A stretch of DNA of 64,000 nucleotides from Monocercomonoides exilis PA203 (lineage: Eukaryota > Protista > Preaxostyla): assembly GCA_001643675.2 (NCBI GenBank), contig LSRY02000028.1, positions 558,001 to 622,000 of the forward strand, written 5' to 3'. Shown here piece after piece: positions 38,054-50,900 of the stretch; position 1 is the first letter of the stretch, and the number at the start of each line of letters is the position of its first letter. A program made the position numbers and the translations under genes. The notes beneath the pieces were generated by a model, which did not search any database, had not been told where the DNA came from, and was given only the letters and a program-made list of their open reading frames with translations.

Positions 38054-38512
38054 ACAATTTCACAAAACGGGATGATCGACATTAAAAACAGACAGATCAA
38101 CATTTTTTTGTGACAGACTGTATCTTTTTGAATTTTGTTCTACACATTGCTTTCAGAGATTTTTCTCAACTTTTTTATTATCTTCATTATTATGCATGGG
38201 AATATTAGACTAATAATGATACGAAGGAGAAAAAGTTTGGAACAAATCATTGAATTTTTCATAAATGCAAAAATTCTGTCATTTTCTAATTTGAATTAAG
38301 GTGGTAACTTTAAAATTTTGCGCTTTGATGTGAATAAAGTGACCTCAATACAAATTAACATAGGGTTATTAAAACATACCTCCATTAATTCAAATTTCTC
38401 AACTTAATCTGAATTGTATCTATTTTATTTAAATAAACTCTATCTTTTCGAATAAACACGAGATCATTCAAATAAAGTGCGTTTATTAAAATTATAAAAA
38501 TCTATTCGCAAT

Positions 38513-39834
38513 TCATCCATTTGCAAAATAATCAGAAATATTTAATGGCAATCTAAAATGATATTTTTCTCTGATAAAATAAACCATTTCATTGAAAGTT
38601 GTGATGGTGTCTTCGTATCCTTCTTCTTCCATCTTTTTAAACACTTTCCTTTTAGTTGCCTTTCTTTTTGCTTCTTCCATTTCAAAAAACTTCTTATCTG
38701 TAGATAGTCTTGAAATATTCATAAAGAATCTCAAGCAATCGCACATAGCTTCATCTTCCAATGTTGGCTGCTGAAGTTCCTCCAAAATGAGATCAGTAGC
38801 TCCTTCCTTCAAAAAAGCACCAATGTTCACATAGTCGCAACCCGCCGCATTTGCAAAAGTATATATGAATTGATTGTGAATTCCTCTGTGATTAGCCTTT
38901 GATGCACGAACCAACTGAGCGATTCTGCCAACAATCTCAGCAAAGTCTTCATTCCACAATGTGCATGAGAAAAAGAAATTATCAGTTGTATCAAGCCATC
39001 TCATTAAAGTAATCTCTTCTTTTGTCTCTTTTCTTCTCTTTTCATTCTCTTCTTCCTTCCTCTTCCATTTCACACATCTTGTCAGCTCTTTTACTTCTCT
39101 TGCTGCTTCTCTCGCAAAATGCAGTTCGTTCACAATAACATCCTCCAAACTATTGTCACAGTAAAATCGGTTCGTTAAAAACTCCCAAGGGAACAGATAA
39201 GCAAGTCGAGTCATATTTCTGTGTTTCTGATGATATTGGATAATCTCTTTGATTTCATTCAAATACAATTCTTTATCCATTTTCTAATAAAAAAGAGAGG
39301 TAAAAATCAGAAATATCAAAAATGAAATTGAAGTACTCAAACCAAATACTTGTTAACATTGCTCAAAGCCAGCAATTCCATTTCCACTTCCTTTTGGGTT
39401 TCCTCGTTTCTCTTCTTGCTCGATGCAGGTTTCAGAAGGCAAGGCACAATAATTGACCTCAATTCCTTTGGGAAGTAGGATCTAAAGGAAGCATAGCATT
39501 CACAAAGATCAACCAGCAGCCTTTCATCCTTATCTTCTTTTTTCTCATTTTCATCAATCATCATCTCTTTCATTCTTTTGCTCAATGATGAATCATCAAA
39601 AGTATATAATAAAATCTTTTTCAGCATTTTGTAATATCCAACATGCTTTAACAGAAAGATTGCACTTTCCAATGACAATGTCTTTTTTTCAATCATTTGG
39701 TGAATTTTATCGAACAGTTCATTTGTGAAAATTGATATGAATTCTTCTTTATTCATTTCTTCAATTATTTCATTTATTTCTTCAATCTTCTGTCTTTGTG
39801 CATTCTCATCGCAATGCCCCAGCTCATGAAGCAA
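38513..39834 (-). CDS. Best-preserved member of a lineage-specific expanded helical-protein family; 5' end uncertain, possibly a young pseudogene
   Basis: ORFs 39337-39834 and 38513-39280 are joined by a phase-0 intron (GTTTGAGT...TTATTAG). Homologous fragments recur at least four times in the window. Confidence 0.65.
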
Positions 39835-40479
39835 TTCTTCGAAAAATTTTAAAATGACAAATAGAATTGGGCTTTCAAATCACAGAATCATGAACAAACC
39901 TAAAAAATGTTCGTTTGATGTTATCTTTTTGAGCTCATCGATAGAGTTATCTTTTACTCGAAAACCTTTTCTGTTTATTGCATCAAACGATAAATGTGTT
40001 CGAAATTATTCTTTTCTCAATAAAATAAACGAAAAATTCAAACATCATTTATTTTCTTTCAAAAAGCAAATGCAACTTCAACACAAATTGCTTTGTTCTA
40101 TAAAATAATAGTTTTTGTAACAAAAGTTCAACGAAATAGCAGAGTTTGGCTGAACGAGGAAAGAATGGAAAACCTTTTGTTTCTGATTGATCAAACCAAC
40201 AGAAATTCATTTTGATGATATTTTCCTTTATCTTTTTTCAATATGAAGCAAATGCACTCTGAGAAAGGAATTGCAATCACTTCTAAGAAACAAATGAAAT
40301 TCTTTTTATGAGAAAATAGAAACATGTAAATAAAACGATTCTTGAACGATAATATTTTTCTCATTTGGATTCAACAATTCTGATGGAAACAAGGAGAACA
40401 AATGTTTGTACACCTTTGTCATGTTAACTGTTTTTAACTTGCCTTCTTTTTCATTTTTTTATAAAAATAACTCGTTGAA

Positions 40480-42202
40480 CTATTGAAGATGAAAGAATTC
40501 AAAAATCAAAAAGGATAAGCAAAACAAAAGAAAAGAGCAATTGTCCAAAATGATGCAAATACAGAACAAACTAATACGAAGAAAGAATCGAACAAAATTC
40601 GGCAAGCCCCAAAGAGACAGAGAGAATTGGTAATGAACTAAATGGGTGTTATTTGAGAGACCAATCCAACAACAAAGCTTTATCATTTTGAAAATCAGAC
40701 AAAGACACAACAAAAGAAGAAGCAGAAAATGACCTTTTTTTAACTGCGAATTGTTTTGCAAATTCAACAGAAAAAGCCATTTTTTCCAGATAAAACGAGA
40801 TTGAAAAAATGAAACAGCAAGAGCAACTTAATCTTGAGAAACATAAATGCCACACACAAATCGTCATTTCTTATTTGGGAGAAAACAATGAACAGTCTTC
40901 AATGGAAGGAATTCATCTTTCTTTTTTTGGATCGCATTCAGTCTGAATGAAGGGAGTGACAAGTTCATTGATTCATGTTGATAGAACTGTTTGCACTGAT
41001 GGAAAAAAAATCGAATTATTCAATTTGTCTTGTTTGATTGAACATTGCATGTTCAGATGAATTCAATAGAATAGCCGAATGGATGAACGATGTTTCGTCA
41101 ATTGTTCATTTTATTTCTGTATTCAACATAACTTTCCAATAGAAAAGCCTTCTTCTTCTCTGTATCTTCTTTTAATCCCACTGAGCGTATTGTCAACCTC
41201 GTCATCATCGCTTTTTTCTCATTTTTCACCTTCTTCTTCTTCTTCTTCTTCTTCTTTTCCTTCACCTTCTCCTCCTTCTTCACCTTTTTTCTCTTCTGCT
41301 TCATCATTTCCTTCGTCTTCTTCTTCAAACTCTTTTATATTTTCTCCTTCTCCTTCTCCCTCTCCCTTTCCTTCTCCAACTGCTAATATTGCTGATTGAA
41401 TACAAATGAATCATTTTCTGTGTTTTGCTCTGCCTTTCTATGAGCCAAATGAAGAGAAGGAGATTTTTTAATCTCATTCATTTCATCAAAAAACAGAAAC
41501 ATCAGAAGAATCAGAAATTCTGTTAACTTTGTTGAAAATAAAGGAAATTGCTTTGTTTAATTCATCATTTGAAATATTCTTTAGAAAAGAAGAAGAGGAG
41601 GAGAAAGAGGAGAAAGACGAAGAGAAAGAAGGCGGAAGATGAATGAAATATTTTATTGAAGGAAAGGTGAAGGAAAGACATATTGTCAACAGAAGAAGAA
41701 GAAGAAGAAGAAGAAGAAGAAGAAGAAGAAGAAGAAGAAGAAGAAGAAGAAGAATTTTCTTTTCTGTGTGCGGATATGCTCCATTTACCCAATGGCACTC
41801 TCTTTTATCATTTATATTTGTTGTATGAGACTCATAGAAAGGGTTATTTGATGAAAAGTGATTGTATTAATCTTCAAAATACACATCATGACCATATGGA
41901 GTGGAAGTGGTTGTGCATCTGCAATCGTGGAAGAAGAAGAAATAGCAATATTGATTGTTGCTTGGGGGTGTTGATTGATATGGCCTGAAATCCAATCCTC
42001 CGCCATATGAATATGCCGAGCACGAAATGAACTGGAGGCTCCTCATTTTGAATGCTGCTGGAACACCATAACAATACATCCCTCCGCCACAATCACTTGT
42101 AAGCGAGCATGAAGTGAATAAACATTCAAGCACACAAGCGCTCTCCGTATTTTTAATTACTGTTCTGATACAGGCAGATCCTGAAATATAGACAATTTCC
42201 AT
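40480..42202 (-). pseudogene. Fragment of a parallel beta-helix (pectin-lyase-like, GGG/GGA-repeat) surface-protein family gene
   Basis: ECLFTSCS..CGGGMY..QFISCSAYSYGGGLDF..FFFHDC..GHDVYF, followed by Ser- and Glu-rich microsatellite stretches with stops. Confidence 0.5.
41691..41753 (+). repeat. (GAA)n microsatellite
   Basis: Read directly. Confidence 0.95.
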
Positions 42203-42828
42203 AAATGTGTCTCATCTGTGATAAGTGCTTTTATTTTAGATTAATCCAATTTGTTTTTTCTTTTTCTTTTTTGTTTTTTATTCCTTCTTCAAATTTCACA
42301 TTCTATCTCATCTGCTCGCATTTTTGTTAATTTTATCTTTTCAAATGCTGCATACCACGCAATTCTTTTATATTCCATCTCCTTCAGTGGAAAATTTGGG
42401 ACAATCATTTTTTTTAATAGGAGACCATCACAGATGGACAAAAATTTCGAATTATTTCTTTTTAGACAATATTAAGTGATTGTGTTGAATCATTCATGGT
42501 TTTTCAATACTTCTTTCTTCGAAAGAGGTTTTCAAATTTTTGAAAAATGATTAACTGGTATTTTATAACTCTTTTTCTAAATAAAAATTTTTTGTTTAAA
42601 TGAACTGGGAAATCTTGAAAAAACATTGATTATTTGAAATAAATAATTTATTTCCATAAATTCTTCTTTTTCTCATTGTGTATAATGTTTCAAGAAATGT
42701 TCAATAAAAATTTCGAAATATTGGTGTCAACCCATAACGAAACAGTATTCTTGAAAGATCAAACATATTTGTTGAATCGCTTGTTTGCAAGCAACAAGCA
42801 ATTGCAGTTCACCTAAAATAATAAGGAA

Positions 42829-44478
42829 ATGGGAAACGAAGCGGGTTCTTTAAATCCTGAGAAAAACTTTTCTGGAGATACAAAGGCAATTGATTGGATT
42901 AGGAAGAACAAAACAGAACCTCCAAAGTGGATGAGACATGATAAAACAATCGGAGGTGATTATGGAAGGACAATGGCTATGAATTGGATTCTGTTTGTGA
43001 AAACAGAACCACCAGAGTGGATGAGACATGATATAACAAATGTTGATTATTGGGGAAGGACAATGGCAATGCTGTGGATTATAGAGAACAAAACAGAACC
43101 CCCAGAATGGATGAGACACAACATTGCTCTTAAAGACAAGCAAGGAGAGACAATGGAAACTCATTGGAAAAGTAATGTTGGGAGCGCACTGCCGGAATGG
43201 ATGATTCATGAATTAACACTTGTTGATGATGATGGATGGTCAAAGGCTTTGAGGTGGATTGCAAATGCCAACACAGAACCACCAGAATGGATGAAGCGCG
43301 GTGCAACACTTGTCGATAAGGATGGATTCACATTGGCAATGAAATGGATTAAATTATTCAAATTTGAACCACCAGCGTGGATGAGGCATGATTTAACAAT
43401 CGGAGATAATAATGGATGTACAATGGCTATGATCTGGATTTCAGATGTGAAGACAGAACCACCAGAATGGATGAGACACGATGCAGCGCTTAAAGATAAT
43501 TGTGGAGAAACAATTGCCATGAAGTGGATACAATTACTCAAATTTGAACCACCAATTTGGATGAGACACGATGCAGAGCTTAAGGATAGAAATGGAATGA
43601 CTTTGGCCATGAAGTGGATTATTTTGAAAGAAAATACTCCACCGGAATGGATGAGGCACGATCCTACACTTGCGAACAATGATGGCTGGACGATGGCAAT
43701 GCTATGGATAAGTAATGTTAAAACGGATGTTCTGGGATGGATGAGACATGACATCACCCTGCGCAACAAGGACGGATGGACGATGGCGATGATCTGGATT
43801 GAAAATGTGAAAATAAAGCCACCAGAATGGATGAGACATGATCCCGCACTTGCGAACAATGATGGCTGGACGATGGACATGCTGTGGATAAAGCACATCA
43901 AAACAGAACCACCGGAATGGATGAAGGCGGACAATGTGGCTCAGGACAAAGAAAAGAGAAGAGAAAGAACGAACTGTGAAAATGAGAGAAAACGTGAAAG
44001 TTTGGAGGGAGGAAAGGACGAAGCGAAAGTTTTTGACAGAAATGGAAGAACAGAGGCGATGAACTGGATCGTTGGAAAAAAAGCAGAGCCTCCAGAGGAA
44101 ATGAGGCACGAGGCGACAGAGGGAGACGAGGAAGGAAGAACAATGGCGATGCTGTGGATAGAGAATGTGAAGAGCGAACCTCCGGAATGGATGAGGCACG
44201 ATGTGGGGCGTGGGGACATATATGGGAAAACGATGGCGATGACATGGATTGCGAATGTGCAAACAGAGCCTCCGGAGTGGATGAGGCACAGAACGACACA
44301 AGTGGACAAGAGCGGGAGGACGATGGCGATGCTGTGGATTGCGAACGTTAAGAGCGAACCGCCGGAGTGGATGAGGCACGATGTAAACATCAGCAACAAG
44401 GAAGGGTGGACGATGAAGACATTTTGGAAGAACTATGTTGAGAGCGAGGTTCCGGAATGGATGAAAGGGGATTGCTAA
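42829..44478 (+). CDS. Intronless 549-aa protein with ~17 tandem 30-aa repeats (KTEPPEWMRHDxxxxDxxGxTMAMxWIxxV)
   Basis: Long intact ORF with exact 30-aa periodicity and nucleotide divergence between repeat units. Confidence 0.9.
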   Translation: MGNEAGSLNPEKNFSGDTKAIDWIRKNKTEPPKWMRHDKTIGGDYGRTMAMNWILFVKTEPPEWMRHDITNVDYWGRTMAMLWIIENKTEPPEWMRHNIALKDKQGETMETHWKSNVGSALPEWMIHELTLVDDDGWSKALRWIANANTEPPEWMKRGATLVDKDGFTLAMKWIKLFKFEPPAWMRHDLTIGDNNGCTMAMIWISDVKTEPPEWMRHDAALKDNCGETIAMKWIQLLKFEPPIWMRHDAELKDRNGMTLAMKWIILKENTPPEWMRHDPTLANNDGWTMAMLWISNVKTDVLGWMRHDITLRNKDGWTMAMIWIENVKIKPPEWMRHDPALANNDGWTMDMLWIKHIKTEPPEWMKADNVAQDKEKRRERTNCENERKRESLEGGKDEAKVFDRNGRTEAMNWIVGKKAEPPEEMRHEATEGDEEGRTMAMLWIENVKSEPPEWMRHDVGRGDIYGKTMAMTWIANVQTEPPEWMRHRTTQVDKSGRTMAMLWIANVKSEPPEWMRHDVNISNKEGWTMKTFWKNYVESEVPEWMKGDC

Positions 44479-46576
44479 GTTTGAGTGATCGCTTTGATTG
44501 TTCAGCTGCTGTGTGGATGGCTGAACAAATACCATCCAACGATTGAAATGAACGTCACGTCAATGATTTTTTGATTTCTTCTTATTTTTTGGAGCAACTT
44601 TTCATTTTTTCAGAATAATAATTAAAGATATTTTATTGCTTTATATTTTTCATTTATGTATCTCCGCATTCAATTTATATTTGTTTATTTATTTTATTGC
44701 TTGTTGATTTGAGACACACTTCAGCATTTTCCAACGTTTTTGCTTTGATGGTAAACAAAAGACAGCACTTCATGATGATTTAAAGTTTACTGTATTTCAA
44801 AACCTGTTATTTCTCTTTGTCTGAAAAAATCTTCTAAAAATACATCAAAATTGTTCTTAATCGAAAAACTTTCAAGCAAAGTCGAAAGTTTGAAAAACTT
44901 CGAATTTTCAAATAATCGACAAAAATCAATAAAAAACCATAAACATTTTTATTGTTGGAATATCAACAAAATATGTGTTTTAAAAAAATTTTTTCGTCTC
45001 TTTTCTGACATTTTTTTGGGCTTTGTTTTGAACTATTGCAAAATTTTATTTTGAGTTGAATTCTGATTATTTTTCAATCATCTCTAAAAAAGTACACTGC
45101 TTTTCGGAATACTTGTTGAAGAAAATTTTAGGATTTATGCAAATTTTATTGTTGAATGAACATATCAGATTTTTATCAAAACTTATTATTCTTCATTAAA
45201 GCAATTATTTTGAACCAAATAACTATTGAATGAAATGGTAATCATATGAAAAAATTTTTGTAACAAGCGATAAATGGGGTTCTGAATATTTTTTCATGTG
45301 AAAATAATGTGTAAATGTCCAAAATTTTAACACATTCTTATGTTATCATTCATCAAACAAAGAATTTTGTCTATTTTTGATTAAAACAATTCTCTTATTC
45401 TTTGCGCATGAAAAGCTTGAAAGAACGTGTTTTCCACCAAATAAAAATTAAAAAAAGGATTCTGTCATTTCATTTTTTTTTTAAAGATCAATAACTTGCA
45501 AGCGAAACATATAAATAATATTTTCGTTTCATATTAATCATTTCAATGTTGCTTTCTTGAAAGACCAACTCAACTTTCATGATATGTCGAATAGATTTCA
45601 ATTTTTGTTAACAAAACGGTGATCATTTTTGAGATCAAATTTCTTTAATCAAAAAATTATCTATGAAAATAAATTCTGAGCTTTTTAATAAAAAAATACA
45701 ATTAAGAAAGCCTTTGCGACAACTCATTTTTTTAATTATTGTGTCGGTCGAATAAGTTTTTCGTTGTCGAATTGCTAAATTTCTCAATTATTATCCAAAA
45801 AGTGTGCAATCATCGTTTTTATTACAAACTTTATCAATTTTATTGAATTCCTAACAATTAATTGGTGTTAATTTTTAATTCAAATAAAAGAAGATTAAAA
45901 AATAATCGAAAAAATTTATAATTCATTTGATCGAAAGACATTCGTTGGAGATCCGATTTGTTAGCTTTGTTTTGATGCGCCAAATTAGAAAATTAGTTCA
46001 ATTTCCTTATAAGAAAAGTTTGATCCAAAATTTTGCACTCTTAACTTTGTATATTTTCATTTTTATTGTTAATTAATTAATGAAACGATATTGTTTGTTC
46101 ATGTGCATTTATTTCATTATCTCTTGTTTCACAATTATGATGTTATTGCTTGATATGCAATATCTGCATATAAGACATAAATAAGAAAGCAATCAATGAA
46201 GAGATCCAAAAATTTTTGTTTTTTAAAAAACACATTGTTCAGAACAAGTTTGAGGCAATTTTTCTTTTATCCAAGATAATTTTTATAAGATGATTATATT
46301 TTATTGTTCTTATTCTTTTTTTTCAACAAACAAAATCAGATAATATATAAAATCGTTAATTTCAACAATAGAATTGGTTATTAAAACAGCAGTTAATTGG
46401 AACCTTGCATTCGAACTTTTGACATTCAGAAGTTCAAATTGAAGATTACTTGTCAAATATTTGTTTTTTTAGAATGTTTTTTATTTTGTTTGTTTATTTT
46501 TGATGCTTTTTGTAACAAAGAAAAATAATATTCTTTAAAAGTTAATGATTAAATAAGCCCTTTGTCCGATAAGTTG

Positions 46577-46736
46577 CTTCTTCTTCTTCTTCTTCTTCTT
46601 CTTCTTCTTCTTCTTCTTCTTCTTCTTTCTTCTTCTTCTTCTTCTTCTTCTTCTTCTTCTTCTTCTTTTCTTTTCTTTTCTTTTCTTTTCTTTTTTCTTT
46701 TCTTTCTTTCTTTCTTTCTTTTCTTTTTTTTTTTTT
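46577..46736 (+). repeat. Compound (TTC)n/(TTTTC)n/(TTTC)n microsatellite
   Basis: Read directly. Confidence 0.95.
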
Positions 46737-46849
46737 GCGAAAATCACACACTTGAAACAAATGTTGGAGTTGTGAAATATAAAAATTATAATTAACATTG
46801 GTTGTATCTCTTATAAAAATGTTTTGAGCTGGTTTATAAATCTGATAGA

Positions 46850-48101
46850 GGAATTCAGAAAAACAGGAAGAGATTGTGAATGACAACGTCAGATAAGATC
46901 CGAAGGTTTTTGAGATGGTGAAGATGGAGATGTCGCTAGAGGAGCAGTGGAGAAGAGCAGAAAGAGAGGCAGAGAAGAAGAACGAAGAGAGGATGAAGAA
47001 GAGAATATATGATACGAACATGCAACACTCTGAGTCTTCAGAGCATCTTCTATCTGAGAGTGGATCAACTGAACACATCCTTGGAAAAGACTCAGACAAG
47101 ATTCCCGATTGGGCACTGGAGAAAGATGAAGATGACGACAAAGAAGAAGAGACAAGAAAAAGAACACAATCGCCATCAATTTCTTCAACTTGTTCAACTG
47201 ATTCAGATTCAACATTTGTTCGATCAGAAAGCCTGTGCCCCACCACCTCATCGATGTCAAACTTGGTGGATGCAATGGCGTGCTCATCCCCTCATGAGAA
47301 GCTGATTGTGGACTTGAGGGATTCGCTGTTCATGCTGCTTCATGGAAGGAATGAGAAAAAAGAGATGGCGATAGGCACTCTGCAAGAGAGGGAGCAGACA
47401 GCTGCTCAGATCCTGTTCTGGGTGGCCAATCTTGCTCTCCATTCCTTTGACGAAATGGAAAATACTCTTTCTTCTCTTGACAATCTCAGTCCGCATATTG
47501 TGTTGTTCTCTGAACACATGGTTATCTGCATTGCCCTCCACTCCGACTGCTCCTCAGACTCGGATTCATCATCCATCTCTTCATCAACTGTTGTAACATC
47601 TGCCAGTGAGGATGACGATGACGATGATTCCCTGCCCTCATCTGCGTTTGAGGATGAGGATGACTTCAAAAAAGAATGCCTGAGATGGAAGGCACCAGAG
47701 CTGCTGATCAACAAATCATGGGGGCAACAAAGAAGTCGGTGGTGTTCTCGATCGGGATGATGTTGTGGGAGTGTTTATCGCTGAGTGTTCCATTCGGAGA
47801 CTATGAGGCAGAGGTGGCGGGGCAGAAAATTGTGAATGGAGAGAGACCAAGTGTTGAAGCCATTGGCGAGAGCAGCTTGAAGGGTTGTGTGATGTCAAGT
47901 TTTGCGACTTGCCCGTCAGCGAGGCCAACACTCATCAATGCCAAAAGAGTGTTTATTGAGCGCTTTCCTGCAGATGCTGTTGTGCTCACAATGTCAGATG
48001 CAGTTTGTGAAAGTGATAAAAGAAGAATGAAAGAGAAAGAAGTTAATTTTGAAAGAGGAGTGAAAACTATTCGAGATGAATATATTTCATATTTTAGGTA
48101 G
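46850..48101 (+). pseudogene. Cytoplasmic part of a receptor-kinase-like (TKL-like) family gene, frameshifted at ~47715
   Basis: RWKAPELLINK / KKSVVFSIGMMLWECLSLSVPFGDY..KIVNGERP..CPSARPT (kinase subdomains VIII-XI). The juxtamembrane EMSLEEQWRRAE motif is shared with 50169-50510. Confidence 0.75.
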
Positions 48102-48699
48102 CAAAGAGTTTTGTGCGGAGGAGAAGAAAAAATTGAGAAGAAGTTGAAACTTAAAAAAAAGAGGCAAAACAAATGAAAAACACATATGGCGAAATTTTTT
48201 TGAAAAGTGACATCAGATCAAAAATCTGACCCATGGAAGTTATTCTTTTATCATTCCGTTTCCATAATTCAAATGAAAAAAGGTAACTTTTGCCATAGTG
48301 TTTGTTGGTTCATTGCAAACTTCTTTGTGAGAAAAAAAAATTTGAAACAAAAAATAATATATCCTATATTTTGATCAAAATAAATATTTTTGTTATTCAA
48401 TGAAAAAGGGTTTTTCTTGATTAAACTGTTTTGCAATTGTTGATTCATGAAATTTTCATAGTATGTTTCGATTATTTTTTGAGAATGTTTTATCGATAAT
48501 CAGAATTCTTGTATTGTTTAAAATGGGAATTTTTCATTGCTCATAATGAACATCAATATTTCATAGAAGCTAATACAACTTGTTCAAGTCCAAATAAACA
48601 AAATTATTTACAAAATTGATGGTTTGTGATTTGTTTGTTCATTTATGTTAATAAAATTTTAAATTTATTTAAATTAACTATTTTGTTGCAATATTCCCA

Positions 48700-50510
48700 A
48701 TAATGCAAACTAAGCCTCCATTCAGCGCTGCCCTGTTATCTTTGCGACGTCTGCAAATGTCAGGATTGGATGTCTCGACTTCCTCTTCGACCCATCTTTT
48801 TCGCACACGGGCAGTGCTGTTGTGTGCCACACCGATGGCCACATTTTTCTCTTCTTTGTTCATTTTGCTTCCTCTTCCATTTTGTCAACCACAGAGCAAG
48901 CTGAACATCCAGCATTCCTCAACTACTCTTTGCTAGCCATCGAGAATGGCCACTTGATTGTCGATAACAGCTACGTCAAACGCCTCGCGTTCGCTCTCCC
49001 GCGTTTCCTTCTCTCCGCTGTCGACCGCATCTCCTTCGCAGAAATAAACTTTCAGCGCCTCCAGATGTCGGTTAGCGCCTTCGAGTTCCTCAAGTGCCAG
49101 AGCGCCTCGGCACACATTGTGGCAGCCGAGCATCAAGTTTTTTTGTAGGGCAGCATCCTCTGCCTCCCCTCCACAGCCGAAGAATATTTTGCCTTTTCCG
49201 GTTCATCTTTCCCAACTGAACAAACACAGGTGCCAGCGCATCATTCGGCTCGTCTGTACTTTTTGTGTCTTCTCCATCTGAGTACATTTCCCCGAACAAT
49301 TGCAACTACATGCAACGTGATCCATCCTCTGTCAGCGAATCAAAAGAACAGACACTCCAAGGAAGTTATGTGAGTGTAAGGAATGCACCCTAACTCTCGC
49401 TTATCGCGTGATTTATTGAGAGAGCTCACATAGAATGCTCTGCAATATAAACGGAGACAGCTGAGACAGCATCTCCTCTTTCATTTGTACAACACAATAG
49501 CAGCTGTCAGCGATCTCACCGTGGCAAACGCATCAGATGAGCGTTGTCTGTCTCTGGAGGTGCTGTCCGCATCGACGATGCAAAGTTTGTGGGCAACGGC
49601 CCCTCTACCCGTAGCAGCCTTTCGGTCAGCAGCTATCCGTCAGCCCGCAGGAACATCGCCTGCTCCGATGGGGTGTCGCTGATCGAAGAGAGTTTGAAAG
49701 AGGAAGACAATGCGAAAGATAACACCTCTCTGTGGATGCTGGACAGCAAATACACGCTTACCTGCATCCCCCGCCAGAGGCAATCTCTCTTCTTTATCCC
49801 AACACTCCATTCTGCCTAAGAGGTGAAAAATGAAACAAAGAGCGAGTTCACAATCACATTCTAGTTGGAGTATTTTATCCTGCAATTTGTCATTCCGGCT
49901 GTAAACAACCATCGAAACAGAGGTTTTGCTGAATCTGTTGGAGTTAGATGCGAAAGGGATTGTCTAGGAAAAAGAGACCTTTGAGATAATGCAAGGGAGC
50001 ATTTTTCGAGAGGCGTTAGCGGAGGCAAAGGCGTATGCGTGTCTGCTCTTTAGAAATGCTGATGCTCCCTCGGCCACAGAGCCTTTCATTCTGAAGAACA
50101 CAAGAGAGGTGAAAACAAATGGAGATGGGAAACTTGTACAAGGAGGAAAAGAAGGAAAATCTTATTGATTGTTAATTGTGATCGCTTGTTCGGTTTTCAT
50201 AATGTTGCTATCTATAATTGTTGTTCGATGGAGAAAGGCAAAGAATGAAGCAAAAAAATACAAGGAGATCGTTGATGATAACATCAAAAAGGATCCGAAT
50301 GCGTTTGAGATAGTGACGATGGAGATGTCGCCTGAGGAGCAGTGGAGAAGAGCAGAAAAGGAAGATGAGAAGAAAAATGAAGAGAGGTTCAAGAAGAGGG
50401 TGTATGAGACGAATATGGAACATTCAGAGTCATCAGAGCGCCTTCTTTCTGAGAGTGGTTCAACTGAATACATCCTGGGGATAGATTCATACAAGATTCC
50501 AAAATGTTAG
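48700..50510 (+). pseudogene. Decayed ectodomain, TM and juxtamembrane part of the same receptor-kinase-like family
   Basis: YPSARRNIACS..KDNTSLWMLD..SLFFIPTL; TM LIVIACSVFIMLLSIIVVRWRK; EMSPEEQWRRAE; many stops and frameshifts. Confidence 0.7.
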
Positions 50511-50825
50511 GTGGAAAAACAGAAATAAGAAAAAGAAGAAGAAGAAGAATTAACTCTGAGCGAAGTTTTCAGAAGAGTAGCTTCAAACCGTTGGTATGAA
50601 TATGAGTCATCAAAAGACGAGAAGGAAAGAAAAAATATTTTGAAGATTCAATTTGGTAGAATTGTTCATTTTTGGAAAGCACTCTGTATCACGCGGACAA
50701 CGATTATAGTCATCGTCACCAGATAATTCAGTCAGATCCAATTCCCACTCTCGCAAATCAGTCTCAAAAACCTCAAATGCATCGATTCCATCCAGAATCT
50801 GCCCTTTTCTTTTCCCTTCATCTTC

Positions 50826-50900
50826 TCTCTCTCTCTCTTTCTCTTTCTCTTTCTCTTTCTCTTTCTCTTTCTTTTTCTCTTTCTTTTTCTCTTTCTCTCT
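50826..50900 (+). repeat. (CTCTTT)n microsatellite
   Basis: Read directly. Confidence 0.9.

Larger units (their letters stand above)
32768..38120 (-). mobile_element. Tc1/IS630-type element, interrupted by a nested Merlin-type element
   Basis: Right end TA|CAGTCTGTCACAAAAAAATGTTGATCTGTCTGTTTTTAATGTCGATCATC (reverse complement of 38071-38122) matches GTCTGTACCAAAAAAAATGTTGATCTGTACGTTTTTAATGTTGATCATAC at 32770. The left terminus is degenerate. Confidence 0.65.
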
